The translations under genes and the position numbers were made by a program. This document shows, in pieces, positions 18,814 through 28,506 of a stretch of 64,000 nt of DNA. The notes beneath the pieces are model-generated. The model had not been told where the DNA came from. It worked only from the letters and a program-made list of their open reading frames with translations, and did not search any database. The stretch comes from a virus. The stretch lies in the IMG/VR virus record IMGVR_UViG_3300009164_000039. The stretch is one strand, 5' to 3'. Positions within the stretch are counted from its first letter, which is position 1, and every line of letters starts with the position of its first letter.

Positions 18814-19873
18814 TATAGTCGCACACAGAAATCACATCACGGTGGCTCATTTGTGCATGTACAGGCAAACTCAAGCAACTGGCAGCTAGGTTTTCACTCA
18901 CTGGTAAACTGAGATTGGTTAGGTATACCGGCTGTTGATGCATGGCACGTGGAAACTGTATGCCTGTTTCTACGCCATGGTATGCCAGATACTGTTTCAA
19001 TTCATCACGTTCATTGGTAGTGATCACAAACTGATTGTACACATGACTGCTCACAGGGTTAGTTGCTGGCAAATCAATTTCTGTCACAAATGCCAGCTCT
19101 CCGCGATATACACTGGCATGCTCTTGCCTACGTAGATTCCAATCATGCAAGTACGGTATCTTGGCATGTAGCACAGCCGCTTGCAAGCCATCCAAGCGTT
19201 CATTCCAACCACGCACAAGATGCTTGTACTTTTCCAGCCTTCCGTGATCACGTAGCATCCTGACCAAGTGACACATCTCCTCACTGCCTGTTACTGCACC
19301 AGCATCGCCCATGGCACTGAGATTCTTGCCTGGATAAAAACTAAAGCAAGTGGCATACACTAGGTCACCAACAAAACGATCAATATATTGGCACCCTGCA
19401 CTTTGTGCGGCATCTTCAATGAGTGGGATATCCCCGGCGATAGTCTTGAGTGCATCAATGTCTAGTGTTTGTCCGTACAAGTCAACAAACACAATAGCCT
19501 TGGTACTGGTATTGAGTAACCCAGCCACGGCGGCTAGGTCTAGAGTGTAGTAACGTGGATCAATATCAACAAACACAGGCGTAGCACCCAATTGGCTGAC
19601 CACTTCAGCAGTGCTGATAAAACTCATTGTTGGCACAATCACTTCATCACCGGGCCCTATGCCCAAGCTATCCAATGCCAGCATCAGCGCACTGGTACCA
19701 CTGCTGACTCCAGCGCAGGCTCTGCTTTGTGTGTGCTCTGCCCAGTCCTGTTCAAATGCCAGTACCTCTGGACCATTGATGTAACTGCTGTTCTTGATGC
19801 AACGGGCCATGGCAGTGTCCACGTCCTTGCGACACTCTAGGTACTCTTTGTGTAGGTCTGCGTACTTGATCAT
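18758..19873 (-). CDS. DegT/DnrJ/EryC1/StrS PLP aminotransferase, DesV/FdtB (sugar 3-aminotransferase)-like
   Basis: SSGTSAL, GPGDEVIVP, EDAAQ, FSFYPGKNL (PLP Lys), GWNERLDGLQAA; ATGA overlap with upstream gene. Confidence 0.9.
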   Translation of the reverse strand: MIKYADLHKEYLECRKDVDTAMARCIKNSSYINGPEVLAFEQDWAEHTQSRACAGVSSGTSALMLALDSLGIGPGDEVIVPTMSFISTAEVVSQLGATPVFVDIDPRYYTLDLAAVAGLLNTSTKAIVFVDLYGQTLDIDALKTIAGDIPLIEDAAQSAGCQYIDRFVGDLVYATCFSFYPGKNLSAMGDAGAVTGSEEMCHLVRMLRDHGRLEKYKHLVRGWNERLDGLQAAVLHAKIPYLHDWNLRRQEHASVYRGELAFVTEIDLPATNPVSSHVYNQFVITTNERDELKQYLAYHGVETGIQFPRAMHQQPVYLTNLSLPVSENLAASCLSLPVHAQMSHRDVISVCDYIKKFFRKDYSSVHVTISN

Positions 19874-21243
19874 GCTCGTGACACCACTGGGCCTTGACTC
19901 CAAGGAATGCCAAAATCCAAATCGTCTCTTGCTTGATTTATCAGTATGCTAACCACATGATCAAATGCATCCAAAAAGCCCACATCCATTGGCATGGGCT
20001 TGACTGTCTTGTGTTGATCGACCCAGTGTTGCGTCACACGGGTAACACTGCTGTCTTCTACGTTGCCAATGATGTAACGGTCAGCACCTGGGCGATCCAG
20101 GAACCCTGTTTCGTGATACATGTACACATCACCTTTTACATCCACTGCCACGCTCACTTGCGGAAAGCCGTGTGGCACCAGTTCCTGCCAGTCTATCATA
20201 CGCAGTTGCCCAACATCACGACCGTAACGCAAGGGTTCTAGCGCATAGCCAAAATCAAAATGTGTGGGCCACTGGTGTTGAAACTCGCTTACTTGTGCAA
20301 ACATACCCATGAGCTTTTCACGTTCTTCTGCACCCAGCACACGTATGTTCTGACTGAAGTCTTCACGTAGTGTAACAAAGTCCACGGGCCTGTTGGCAGT
20401 GCGATTGATATGTTCTATTACCTTTAGCAGTTCTAATACGTCTTGACTGTGGCCTGGCAGGATGATGTAGTTGACGCCGACCTTGACTCCGGGTGCGGCA
20501 TTGATATATCCAATGATGTTTTTGATCACGTGATCAAAACTCTGACGATTCTTGGTAACTGCAAATGCTTTGTTTGCCGTGGTACCGTATAAACTAAAAC
20601 GCACAGCTTCTAGATCTCGCATGCCTGGGTGCTTGTGCAGATACGCATCAGTCATCATGTTGCCATTGGTATACAACTGCATCTTGAATCCACGGCCAGC
20701 ACCGTAACTGATAATCTCTCCAAGGTACGGATTGGTTAACGGCTCTAGGCCGCCGCTGATGCGAAAGCGGTCCTGCCACATGGGATCGGTTTTGGGGTCT
20801 TGGTCAATTATTTGAAAGAACAAGTCACGGCCGATTTGTGCATAGTCTGTGTCATACTTGGCCACAGGGTTACGTCCACAAAAGCCACAATAGAACATGC
20901 AACTGAGTCCTGTATAAAGACCCACACGATTAGGATATGCCCAGTGATGATTGAATGCTGCCTGTAGTGTGCCAGATGCCAGCAACGGTGCAATGGTATT
21001 GGTCCAGTACTTGGTGCCTACACCACTGTGCAGTATCTGTTGTTGTGCCCACGCACTGGCACGTATTTCTGCAATGGCTGATAGGTGACTTTGTTTGTCA
21101 ATTGCAAAACGTTCAGCAATGGATCGTTGAGTAACAAACGGATCGTTACTCATTGCATCTACAATTATTTTTGCATGATAGCTCAGTTCAGTTGGCGCAA
21201 CTAAATCTGATACTGCGCTGTGGTGTTGATAACCTAAGCGCAT
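19870..21243 (-). CDS. desII: DesII-like radical SAM dTDP-4-amino-4,6-dideoxyglucose ammonia-lyase
   Basis: VGLYTGLSCMFYCGFC, SGGLEPLTNP, DFVTLRED, DFGYAL, PQVSVAVDVKGDVYMY..GF..GADRYIIG, FLDAFDHVV match recalled Streptomyces DesII along its length. Confidence 0.85.
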   Translation of the reverse strand: MRLGYQHHSAVSDLVAPTELSYHAKIIVDAMSNDPFVTQRSIAERFAIDKQSHLSAIAEIRASAWAQQQILHSGVGTKYWTNTIAPLLASGTLQAAFNHHWAYPNRVGLYTGLSCMFYCGFCGRNPVAKYDTDYAQIGRDLFFQIIDQDPKTDPMWQDRFRISGGLEPLTNPYLGEIISYGAGRGFKMQLYTNGNMMTDAYLHKHPGMRDLEAVRFSLYGTTANKAFAVTKNRQSFDHVIKNIIGYINAAPGVKVGVNYIILPGHSQDVLELLKVIEHINRTANRPVDFVTLREDFSQNIRVLGAEEREKLMGMFAQVSEFQHQWPTHFDFGYALEPLRYGRDVGQLRMIDWQELVPHGFPQVSVAVDVKGDVYMYHETGFLDRPGADRYIIGNVEDSSVTRVTQHWVDQHKTVKPMPMDVGFLDAFDHVVSILINQARDDLDFGIPWSQGPVVSRA

Positions 21244-21246
21244 GAC

Positions 21247-22206
21247 TTATCCTTGATGGTAAGGAAAGTTTTTAAGCCAGTTGTAGTACAGTTGAAATCC
21301 TTCTTCAATGTCTACCTTGGGATCAAACCCAAAGTCTTGTCTTGCGGCATTGATGTTCAGCGCACCACGGCTAGGGAAGTCTGCATCTTTTTCACGCACT
21401 TCAATTGTGCCACGGCCAACAATCTTGCATGCCAGTTGTGCGGCCTCGTACAAGGTCTTGCTGTGGCTCTTGGTAATGTTGTAGATCCGGTTGTTGGATT
21501 CTTTGCTGACAGTGGCAGCAACAATACCGTCAGCGGCATCTCCCACATAGGTAAAATCCAGGGTTTCATTCATGCCGTTGACCTTTAGTGTACCACCGCG
21601 CATGGCAGTGAGCACAAACTTGCTGATCACACGGTCCTCCACATCCAGTTCACCGTACACAGCACTGGGTCGAATAACAGTGTATACCATGCCGGTCTTG
21701 CGAGCATAATCTTTAACCAACCATTCTCCGGCCAGCTTCATGATACCGTACTGTCCTTGTGGCTGACAGAGGTAGTCTTCTGTGACATCGTTATCAAAGT
21801 CTCCGTAGACCATGCTAGAGCTGATGTACACAAATTTGCACACTTGAAAATCTTTTGCACATTCCAACAGGTTAAGCAAACCTTCACTCATGGTTCTAGA
21901 ACCCAGTTGTGGATTGACGTTGACTACTTTCTGGCGCGGGAAACTTGCAAGATGAATCACTGTGTCTGGCCGGTAGGTTTCAAAGATCCAACGCATGCCA
22001 TCACGGTCACTGATGTCCACAGCATGTATACGAGTTGTGGCAATCTTCTTTAGTCGTTCAGGCATTAGGCTGTTGAGTTCAGCTTGTGGCACAAGTCCAT
22101 ACGTGGTACGTGTGTCTGTAATAAACACTTCGTGCCCTTGGGCTTCAAGTCGTTGCACCACATTGTGCCCAATCAATCCCAATCCGCCAGTTACTAGTAT
22201 TCTCAT
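21247..22206 (-). CDS. NAD-dependent nucleotide-sugar epimerase/dehydratase (extended SDR)
   Basis: TGGLGLIG, SSSMVYG, YGIMK catalytic motif. Confidence 0.9.
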   Translation of the reverse strand: MRILVTGGLGLIGHNVVQRLEAQGHEVFITDTRTTYGLVPQAELNSLMPERLKKIATTRIHAVDISDRDGMRWIFETYRPDTVIHLASFPRQKVVNVNPQLGSRTMSEGLLNLLECAKDFQVCKFVYISSSMVYGDFDNDVTEDYLCQPQGQYGIMKLAGEWLVKDYARKTGMVYTVIRPSAVYGELDVEDRVISKFVLTAMRGGTLKVNGMNETLDFTYVGDAADGIVAATVSKESNNRIYNITKSHSKTLYEAAQLACKIVGRGTIEVREKDADFPSRGALNINAARQDFGFDPKVDIEEGFQLYYNWLKNFPYHQG

Positions 22207-22207
22207 A

Positions 22208-22447
22208 TCACATCCATTTCAACCTATAATAGGTTGCATATTTTTCTTCACGGAACTCGCCTACAATACGCACACGATACCCATAGCTGATAGCATCGGG
22301 ATCGCAGTAGAATGTGGGTGGCTCTTTGGCATGTTCCATCACAAACTTGCCTTGCTCGGTATCCTGCCATTCGCCAAGAGGAAATGCCGCATACAAATAC
22401 GGATCCTCTACATCTCCCATGGTGAACTCATGCAAGAGCATTTTCAT
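22208..22447 (-). CDS. Hypothetical protein
   Basis: ORF in operon, ATGA overlap with thyA stop. Confidence 0.7.
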   Translation of the reverse strand: MKMLLHEFTMGDVEDPYLYAAFPLGEWQDTEQGKFVMEHAKEPPTFYCDPDAISYGYRVRIVGEFREEKYATYYRLKWM

Positions 22448-23358
22448 ACTGCCATTGGAGCTGAAATGGGCTCGTGATACGTGTAGTCACGCAGTTCAAT
22501 GTCTGCCATGGTGAACTTGGTGATGTCTTTCACAGCAGGGTTTAACCATAAGGTCGGAAGCGGGTATGGTTCGCGTTCTAGTTGTGTCTTTACCTGCTCC
22601 ACGTGATTGAGATATATGTGAGCGTCTCCGAGAACGTGAACGAACTCGCCTACTTCAAAACCGCACACTTGAGCAATCATATGTGTGAGTAGGGAATAGG
22701 ACGCTATGTTGAAAGGCACGCCTAAGAACATGTCGCAGGAACGCTGATACATTTGACAACTCAACCGACCTTTGGAATCGACGTAAAACTGTGACAAGAC
22801 GTGGCACGGTGGCAAGGCCATAGATTCTAATTCTCCAGGGTTCCAAGCAGATAATATATGTCGTCGTCCGTACGGGTCTCTATATAGACCGTCTATTAAC
22901 AGTTTCAATTGATCAGTTTCAGTTTCGTGTACACCACCGGCCACACTGAAGTAGCTGCCGTAGCTGTCTTTGAAACTGCCTGCACGTGCATGTCGTGCAG
23001 TTTTCCAGTGGCGCCATTGTACCCCATACACACGGCCTAGGTCGCCTGGAAACTGTGCTTTGGGTTTCCAGTAGTCTGCTGTGGCATTGGCAGACCAGAT
23101 GGTTGTCTTGCTAGACTCGGCGCTACCATGTAATATCTCTCGCAGCCGCTTCTCGTCCCCTGATCCTTCAATGAACCACAGCAGTTCTGAAACCACGCTT
23201 TTCCAAGCCAGCTTCTTTGTTGTCACAGCAGGAAAGCCGTGTGCTAGATTGTATCGTTGTTGCATGCCAAATAGGCCAATGGTACCTGTACCGGTGCGAT
23301 CTTGTCGCTCTTCGCCAGTGTCAAGTATCTGTTGTAGGGCGTTGTGGTAAGTCTTCAT
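22444..23358 (-). CDS. thyA: Thymidylate synthase
   Basis: DRTGTGT, ELLWF, YGVQWR, MALPPCH, YQRSCD, GVPFNIASY, GDAHIY. Confidence 0.97.
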   Translation of the reverse strand: MKTYHNALQQILDTGEERQDRTGTGTIGLFGMQQRYNLAHGFPAVTTKKLAWKSVVSELLWFIEGSGDEKRLREILHGSAESSKTTIWSANATADYWKPKAQFPGDLGRVYGVQWRHWKTARHARAGSFKDSYGSYFSVAGGVHETETDQLKLLIDGLYRDPYGRRHILSAWNPGELESMALPPCHVLSQFYVDSKGRLSCQMYQRSCDMFLGVPFNIASYSLLTHMIAQVCGFEVGEFVHVLGDAHIYLNHVEQVKTQLEREPYPLPTLWLNPAVKDITKFTMADIELRDYTYHEPISAPMAV

Positions 23359-23854
23359 ATAGTGGTAAAATGTTCCTGTATGTCATGAAATTGCAAGACC
23401 GGTCTTCACTGGGACATGCACTGGTTGCACGAAAGCCAATCAGGAAGTCTCGCATGTTTATCCTGGTGTCTGATCTGTAATTGCCTTTTATGTGTGTGAC
23501 ATATAGATTATTACATATAACGCGACAAACTTCAAGTATTTCTTTACCACCAATCACCCAAATTGTTTTACCAGAGAACTCTTTGTGTAGTGCAAGAACT
23601 TCGCTTAGTACATCGCCTGAGATTGTGCGTACACCAAGTCGACGTGGGTTGGTAGTGACAACTACATTTATTCTGTTTGGGAGTGGTCGATATTTTGCTG
23701 GCAAGCTATCCCAGGTGCGACGGCCCATTACAACAACTCCATTGCTAGTGAGTTCTTGAAAACGGGCCATGTCTTCGGATATGTTGGGCCAGGGCAAGGC
23801 TTGGTTAAAGCCTATACTGCCATTATAGTCAACAGCGAAGATAGCATTGATCAT
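23321..23854 (-). CDS. folA: Dihydrofolate reductase
   Basis: IG...LPW, VVMGRRTWDS, RPLPNRINVV, WVIGG. Confidence 0.95.
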   Translation of the reverse strand: MINAIFAVDYNGSIGFNQALPWPNISEDMARFQELTSNGVVVMGRRTWDSLPAKYRPLPNRINVVVTTNPRRLGVRTISGDVLSEVLALHKEFSGKTIWVIGGKEILEVCRVICNNLYVTHIKGNYRSDTRINMRDFLIGFRATSACPSEDRSCNFMTYRNILPLYEDLPQRPTTDT

Positions 23855-24177
23855 AAGTTTTTAAGAAAGTCGTCAGTGATTGGTTGAACTGTTTGGGCCA
23901 CACTGTCAAGGCTGATGTGAAAATCCACGTCCTTGATAATGTTGTCCAATGCTGCCAATCGAGTGTTGAGCATTTGCTCTAGTTCATTTGGGTCAACACC
24001 TTCATCCAATAACTCTCTAATGTTAACATCTACTTGGGTACCATCTACTAGATTCACTACCACGTGATCCAGCATTGTGACTGGTACTTCTTTTTTGTTA
24101 ATCCCTCGAACAATCTGTTCCCATCTTTCTCTGTCGTTTATTTTAATCCGCTTTGACTTTTTTCTTGGTGGCGGCAT
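23851..24177 (-). CDS. Hypothetical protein
   Basis: ORF in operon. Confidence 0.7.
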   Translation of the reverse strand: MPPPRKKSKRIKINDRERWEQIVRGINKKEVPVTMLDHVVVNLVDGTQVDVNIRELLDEGVDPNELEQMLNTRLAALDNIIKDVDFHISLDSVAQTVQPITDDFLKNL

Positions 24178-24799
24178 TTTTTACCTTAGGCGTTGGTACA
24201 AGTTGAGAAGCTTCAGTAACTAAACGTTCTGCTTCGGCGATTAACATGGCAGCTTCTTTTTTCATTTTATCTGCTTGTGACAAACGCTGGGCGGCAAGGT
24301 CGGCATCACTTAGTGTTTCTACCACAGTGCCAGGAATAGCCTTGTCTGCTGTTCTAGCAGTGTCGCCTAGGTCTCTACCTGGTCTGGCCTTTTGCTTGCC
24401 TGTTGCGCCTTGAGCGGCATCAAGTTCGGCAAGTCGTTTGATTGCACTTTCGCCTTGCTCCATCTCTTTAAGGATTTTGTTCAGTTCGTCAAGACGAACA
24501 TTTGATTTGCCTGTTGGTGTGACAATAACTTGATTTGTGGGCACCTTCTTGATCATGCCTTCTTTGTGCAACACTTCAAGACAGTTACGACCGTCTGCCA
24601 TGGTCACGCGGAATAGAGCATCTGAAAATTCCTTGGCCTGTTGACCTACTGGACTTTCCAAACACTTCATGATCTCGTCATGAATCAAACGGGGAAGTAC
24701 TTCACCGTATGTTACCAGGGCCATGTGATCTTCGCCTGGTACCTCTCTGAATAGAATTACGACCTTACGGTCGTTGTGTTTACCGACGTGCTTTAGCAT
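24143..24799 (-). CDS. Hypothetical protein
   Basis: AGGAG SD before MLKHVGKH; C-terminal coiled coil. Confidence 0.75.
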   Translation of the reverse strand: MLKHVGKHNDRKVVILFREVPGEDHMALVTYGEVLPRLIHDEIMKCLESPVGQQAKEFSDALFRVTMADGRNCLEVLHKEGMIKKVPTNQVIVTPTGKSNVRLDELNKILKEMEQGESAIKRLAELDAAQGATGKQKARPGRDLGDTARTADKAIPGTVVETLSDADLAAQRLSQADKMKKEAAMLIAEAERLVTEASQLVPTPKVKNAATKKKVKAD

Positions 24800-25076
24800 T
24801 TGATTTCTCCTTGGTGTTTGTGGCAACTGGTGCAGGTGCAGGCACAGGGGCCTCTTCTGCTGGTGCTGGTAGTGTTTTGCTAATTGCTCCTGTGCCTTCA
24901 AGGAATGCAATTAGGCGTGTGTATAGGGATCCAACTTGAAGCAAGTCTTCAGCGCGGAACACACCTCTGCCAGTACTCATTTGAATGATCTGTGCAACCA
25001 GCACTAGATCTTGCAAGGTAAGGCCTTGCGGTTGTGTTTGAGCCTGGGGCTCGTTTTGAACGGTTTGCTCGGGCAT
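24780..25076 (-). CDS. Hypothetical protein
   Basis: GGAG SD before MPEQ; downstream of TAAATA box. Confidence 0.7.
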   Translation of the reverse strand: MPEQTVQNEPQAQTQPQGLTLQDLVLVAQIIQMSTGRGVFRAEDLLQVGSLYTRLIAFLEGTGAISKTLPAPAEEAPVPAPAPVATNTKEKSNAKARR

Positions 25077-25104
25077 TGATATCTCCAAATATTTTGAATG
25101 CAAA

Positions 25105-25116
25105 GTATTTAAGATA
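25105..25116 (-). promoter_or_regulatory. Putative late promoter TATCTTAAATAC
   Basis: Identical 12-mer to 2001..2012 (+). Confidence 0.55.
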
Positions 25117-25140
25117 TCGATTAAGTGCTAATAAATTTTC

Positions 25141-25425
25141 TTACCAAGATGTATTTGGTTGATTTATCTGATCCAGGAACAGCCCAAAATAACTGGCTTC
25201 GCTATGCAGTTCAAAACTTACTTTGGCACTTTTATGAACATGCTGTTTGTCGTCTAGGTAATAGTGTTCGCCAAAGAAGAAACGACCATACAGATTTTCA
25301 TAGATCCAATCTGTAATGATCTTTTCTGTTGTGCGCAGGTCAAACACCACACTTTCAAAGTGAGGCGGCGCATGCTCTATGCGGCGCAGTCCAAACACGT
25401 TCAACGGGTTGACATCTTGTAGCAT
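25141..25425 (-). CDS. Hypothetical protein
   Basis: ORF in operon. Confidence 0.65.
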   Translation of the reverse strand: MLQDVNPLNVFGLRRIEHAPPHFESVVFDLRTTEKIITDWIYENLYGRFFFGEHYYLDDKQHVHKSAKVSFELHSEASYFGLFLDQINQPNTSW

Positions 25426-25682
25426 TATTTTTGCGACAAGATATCAACTACCTGGCGCTTTTCCTTTTGGTAACGTAGCCAAGCATCTCGGACACCGTCC
25501 CAGAACATCCATTTCAGCATGTAGCTAAAAATAAAAAGCAATGGCGCAACTATTAGGTAGGGCTTGTAAGGCTCAGAGGCCGAAACACCTGCTCCAAAAA
25601 TAAAGGCGCACACGATCCAGCCCTTTTGCCAGAACTCCCACTTGCGCCATTGCCACAGCAAAAAGTAAAATACTTCTTTCAT
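25425..25682 (-). CDS. Small membrane protein
   Basis: Two hydrophobic segments, Trp-rich. Confidence 0.65.
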   Translation of the reverse strand: MKEVFYFLLWQWRKWEFWQKGWIVCAFIFGAGVSASEPYKPYLIVAPLLFIFSYMLKWMFWDGVRDAWLRYQKEKRQVVDILSQK

Positions 25683-26962
25683 TAGTTCTCCACTTGTTCG
25701 TAGTGTGCCCAGATACCAAACTCAGGTTCTGCACTGGTGTTGCCTTTGATGATCCATACCGTGTCACAGTAGTTCTCAACTTCCTCGGGGCTCCACCCAA
25801 AGAAGCAGAAGTCAGTGAACATGATCAGCTTGTTGGGCTCAATTTCGTTTTCACGCAAGAACTCCCAAACACAGTGAGGATCAGTACCACCACCACCACC
25901 TGGCTCATACTCCATGATATCTGCCATGTTGTCGCTTGTGAACTCTTGCAAGTTGTACACCGCAGTGTCCCAAGTGATAACACGAATGCGATACTCGTCA
26001 TAGCTCTCCATGATACCTTTCACTTCACTCAGGAAGATCTTGATATCGTTTTCGCTAATTGAACCCGAAGTGTCAATTGCCACAACCACATCCACAGTGT
26101 TACCTGGCTTCATGCCTGGCATGATAGCATCCATGTGCCAGCTCTTGCGGTTGGGACGAGACCATGTAAAGTCGTTCTTGAATGTGCTTTCAATTTGCAT
26201 TTGTAGCAGTTCGCGCCAGTCCATCTTGGACTCAGTCAAGTCTTTGATCAGACGTTGAACACCTGCGGGCAAGTTACCTGCACCTGCTTGTTGTGCGGCA
26301 TTGAGCACAGCCTGACGGATCTCGTCTTTGATCTCTTGCTTTTCCTCTTCGGTCAGTCGTGGGCGGCCGTTACCTGGCTTGTCACCATCTCCGTCTCCGT
26401 CTCCGTCACCTTCGCCTTCACCGTTGCCGTCCAAGTGTTCGTCCAACAGCATGCCTGCCAATTGATCCAGTGTGACTTGTTTCACGTTCTTCATCAAGTC
26501 ATCATACACTTCTTCATATGCCATGCCGCGGTACTTGGGCTCATACAGCATGGGTACCACGTTGATGCGCTCGCCAACCTTTTGGTCAATCAAGTCTGCA
26601 TTAACGCAATAGTCTGCGGCAATGTTAGAGATCTTAGGATGACGATCCTGACGTCGGCCCATGTGATCGTATACAGCATGGAGCACCTCGTGTCCAAACA
26701 AGAACTCCACTTGTTTGGCAGGCAGTTTGTTGATGAACTCACTGCAATAGTAGAAGTTACGTCCGTCTGTGGCCGCAGTGCTCAACCAGTCGTCGGCATT
26801 GATCAGCTTCATACGTGTGGCAAGGTTGCCAAAGAACGGCGCCTTGAGTAACAGTGCAATACGAGCAGTGATCAGCTTCTCACGTGCAATCAGATCAATC
26901 TTGGGATCTGTTACAATCTTTGCTTTGGTTTTTTCTGTTGCTGTGGTTGTGTTATTAGACAT
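25682..26962 (-). CDS. vWA-domain / metallopeptidase-like protein (DUF2201-like), partner of MoxR-like ATPase
   Basis: TAATDG, GHEVLH (HExxH), acidic GD linker, AIDTSGS MIDAS, GGGGTD, MFTD. Confidence 0.85.
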   Translation of the reverse strand: MSNNTTTATEKTKAKIVTDPKIDLIAREKLITARIALLLKAPFFGNLATRMKLINADDWLSTAATDGRNFYYCSEFINKLPAKQVEFLFGHEVLHAVYDHMGRRQDRHPKISNIAADYCVNADLIDQKVGERINVVPMLYEPKYRGMAYEEVYDDLMKNVKQVTLDQLAGMLLDEHLDGNGEGEGDGDGDGDGDKPGNGRPRLTEEEKQEIKDEIRQAVLNAAQQAGAGNLPAGVQRLIKDLTESKMDWRELLQMQIESTFKNDFTWSRPNRKSWHMDAIMPGMKPGNTVDVVVAIDTSGSISENDIKIFLSEVKGIMESYDEYRIRVITWDTAVYNLQEFTSDNMADIMEYEPGGGGGTDPHCVWEFLRENEIEPNKLIMFTDFCFFGWSPEEVENYCDTVWIIKGNTSAEPEFGIWAHYEQVEN

Positions 26963-26987
26963 TCAGGCTCCTGTGTTGTATATAGTT

Positions 26988-27016
26988 ATTATACAATTTA
27001 CTGCAATTTACGTCAA
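26988..27016 (-). promoter_or_regulatory. Sigma70-type promoter TTGACG-N17-TATAAT
   Basis: Near-consensus boxes with 17-nt spacer upstream of vWA gene. Confidence 0.8.
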
Positions 27017-27041
27017 CACAGGGGCCTCGGCCCCTGTGTTG
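27014..27041 (-). terminator. 12-bp perfect hairpin after AAA gene (probable terminator or processing site)
   Basis: CAACACAGGGGC-CTCG-GCCCCTGTGTTG; U-tract weak; overlaps the -35 box of the next promoter. Confidence 0.6.
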
Positions 27042-27042
27042 T

Positions 27043-28167
27043 TTAACGTGTCTCTTTGGCACTTGCCGCCAAGATGTACTTGCCAAAACGCTTGTGGAAC
27101 TCGTCGAAGTTCTTGAGCTTGTTGGGAATCAATGGCAAGTTGTATGTGGTAAGTGCAACACGAGCACCCATAACAACCAGCTCAGTTGTAAAGTTATCCA
27201 TCATGAAACGGATAAAGTTATCGCACATGCCATGGAAACCATCCATCTTGGTCTTGTCATTGCCAGCGGCAGTGTAGTGATCTTTCAGCTCGTAGCACAG
27301 GCTAATTGCCAAGGAGTACTGAGCACTGACCTCTTTGGTTTGCAGTGTAGTGACTTTGCCACTGAGCACTTCTTCAGGCTTGGGCATCTGTCCTGCAATC
27401 TTGCGGTGAGCCATGAACTTGATAGCAACACCTTCACCTACAGTACCTGCAATCAAGTCTACCAACTCTGCGTCAGGAGTGCCGTCATCCAACAGCTCGC
27501 TCACAAAAGTCCAAGAGCGTGGAGTAGCAAAACTGCGACCAGAACTACGTGGCTCAAAGTCAAACAGGTCCTGCTTGGCAAAGCCCAAGTAACCAACCAC
27601 GTCCTTGTGCATCTTGTTCTTCACAGCCCAGGTCTCCCAAGACTGATAGTCCACACGCATTTCCAAGTGAACGAAACGGTTTGCCAACGGTGCTGGCATG
27701 CGGTATGTGATACCTTTGTCGCTTTCACGGTTACCAGCCGCAACAATTACCACATTGTCTGGCAAGCGATAGTTGCCAACACGGCGGTTCAAAATAAGTT
27801 GATAACCAGATGCTTGCACAGCCGGAGCCGCGGCATTCATCTCGTCCAAGAACAACACCACGATAGGATACTTTGCGGCAGTTTCTTCGCTGGGCAAGTC
27901 AATCGGAGGTGCCCAGTTCATCACGCCTTTGTCACGATCAAAGTAGGGGATGCCCTTCAGGTCAGTGGGCTCAAGCAAAGGCATGCGCAAGTCAATCATC
28001 AAACCATCCATCTCACTGGTAATGCCAGCAATCAGTTCGGACTTGCCGATCCCAGGAGGGCCCCAAAGGAACAGCGGACGCTTTTTGTCAAAGCACCGTA
28101 GAATGCTTTTACGTGCAGTGGTGCTGGTGACTGTACGATTTTCTGTAAGTTTCTCTTTTGTTGCCAT
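27043..28167 (-). CDS. MoxR-like AAA+ ATPase
   Basis: Walker A GPPGIGKS, Walker B LFLDEMN, AAGNR, PLANRF, ATPRSW. Confidence 0.92.
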   Translation of the reverse strand: MATKEKLTENRTVTSTTARKSILRCFDKKRPLFLWGPPGIGKSELIAGITSEMDGLMIDLRMPLLEPTDLKGIPYFDRDKGVMNWAPPIDLPSEETAAKYPIVVLFLDEMNAAAPAVQASGYQLILNRRVGNYRLPDNVVIVAAGNRESDKGITYRMPAPLANRFVHLEMRVDYQSWETWAVKNKMHKDVVGYLGFAKQDLFDFEPRSSGRSFATPRSWTFVSELLDDGTPDAELVDLIAGTVGEGVAIKFMAHRKIAGQMPKPEEVLSGKVTTLQTKEVSAQYSLAISLCYELKDHYTAAGNDKTKMDGFHGMCDNFIRFMMDNFTTELVVMGARVALTTYNLPLIPNKLKNFDEFHKRFGKYILAASAKETR

Positions 28168-28199
28168 TGTGAACTCCTAGTTGATGAATTTGTATACGT

Positions 28200-28228
28200 A
28201 GTATACGATTAAACTGAATTATTGTCTA
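28200..28228 (-). promoter_or_regulatory. Sigma70-type promoter TAGACA-N17-TATACT
   Basis: Boxes upstream of AAA gene SD. Confidence 0.65.
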
Positions 28229-28257
28229 TTTGTTTGTTGTTGTATTTTCACAACACA

Positions 28258-28506
28258 TCACAAATAGCCCCTGTAGCCAAAGCGATTGCTAATAGCATAC
28301 CACTGGAAGAAGATGCTTTCGTATTCTGCCCATGTGCATGAACTCCATTCTTCTTCCTGTTCAAGTTGGTAAGGTTTAAGTGTGTTACCAAGCAAGGCCA
28401 ACATGAGCTTTTTGTTGTGCTTAGTAACCTGAGCTCGTGCTGAGCCTTCCTTGGCATACATGCCAATCAACTCACCTGAACCTTTTTTGTACACTATAAA
28501 CTTCAT
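28258..28506 (-). CDS. Hypothetical protein
   Basis: MKFIVYKK start 1 nt after upstream stop. Confidence 0.6.
   Translation of the reverse strand: MKFIVYKKGSGELIGMYAKEGSARAQVTKHNKKLMLALLGNTLKPYQLEQEEEWSSCTWAEYESIFFQWYAISNRFGYRGYL

Noticed and set aside
22444-23358. Intron or overprinting in thyA (locally unusual codons)
   Set aside because: ORF is continuous and full length; +1 frame has several stops; no group I intron seen
26381-26430. GTCTCC/GTCACC short tandem repeats
   Set aside because: Simple Gly-Asp linker coding within the vWA protein
26255-28101. Long + strand ORFs (26255..26851, 27094..28101)
   Set aside because: Antisense shadows of well-supported vWA and AAA genes; no recognisable motifs
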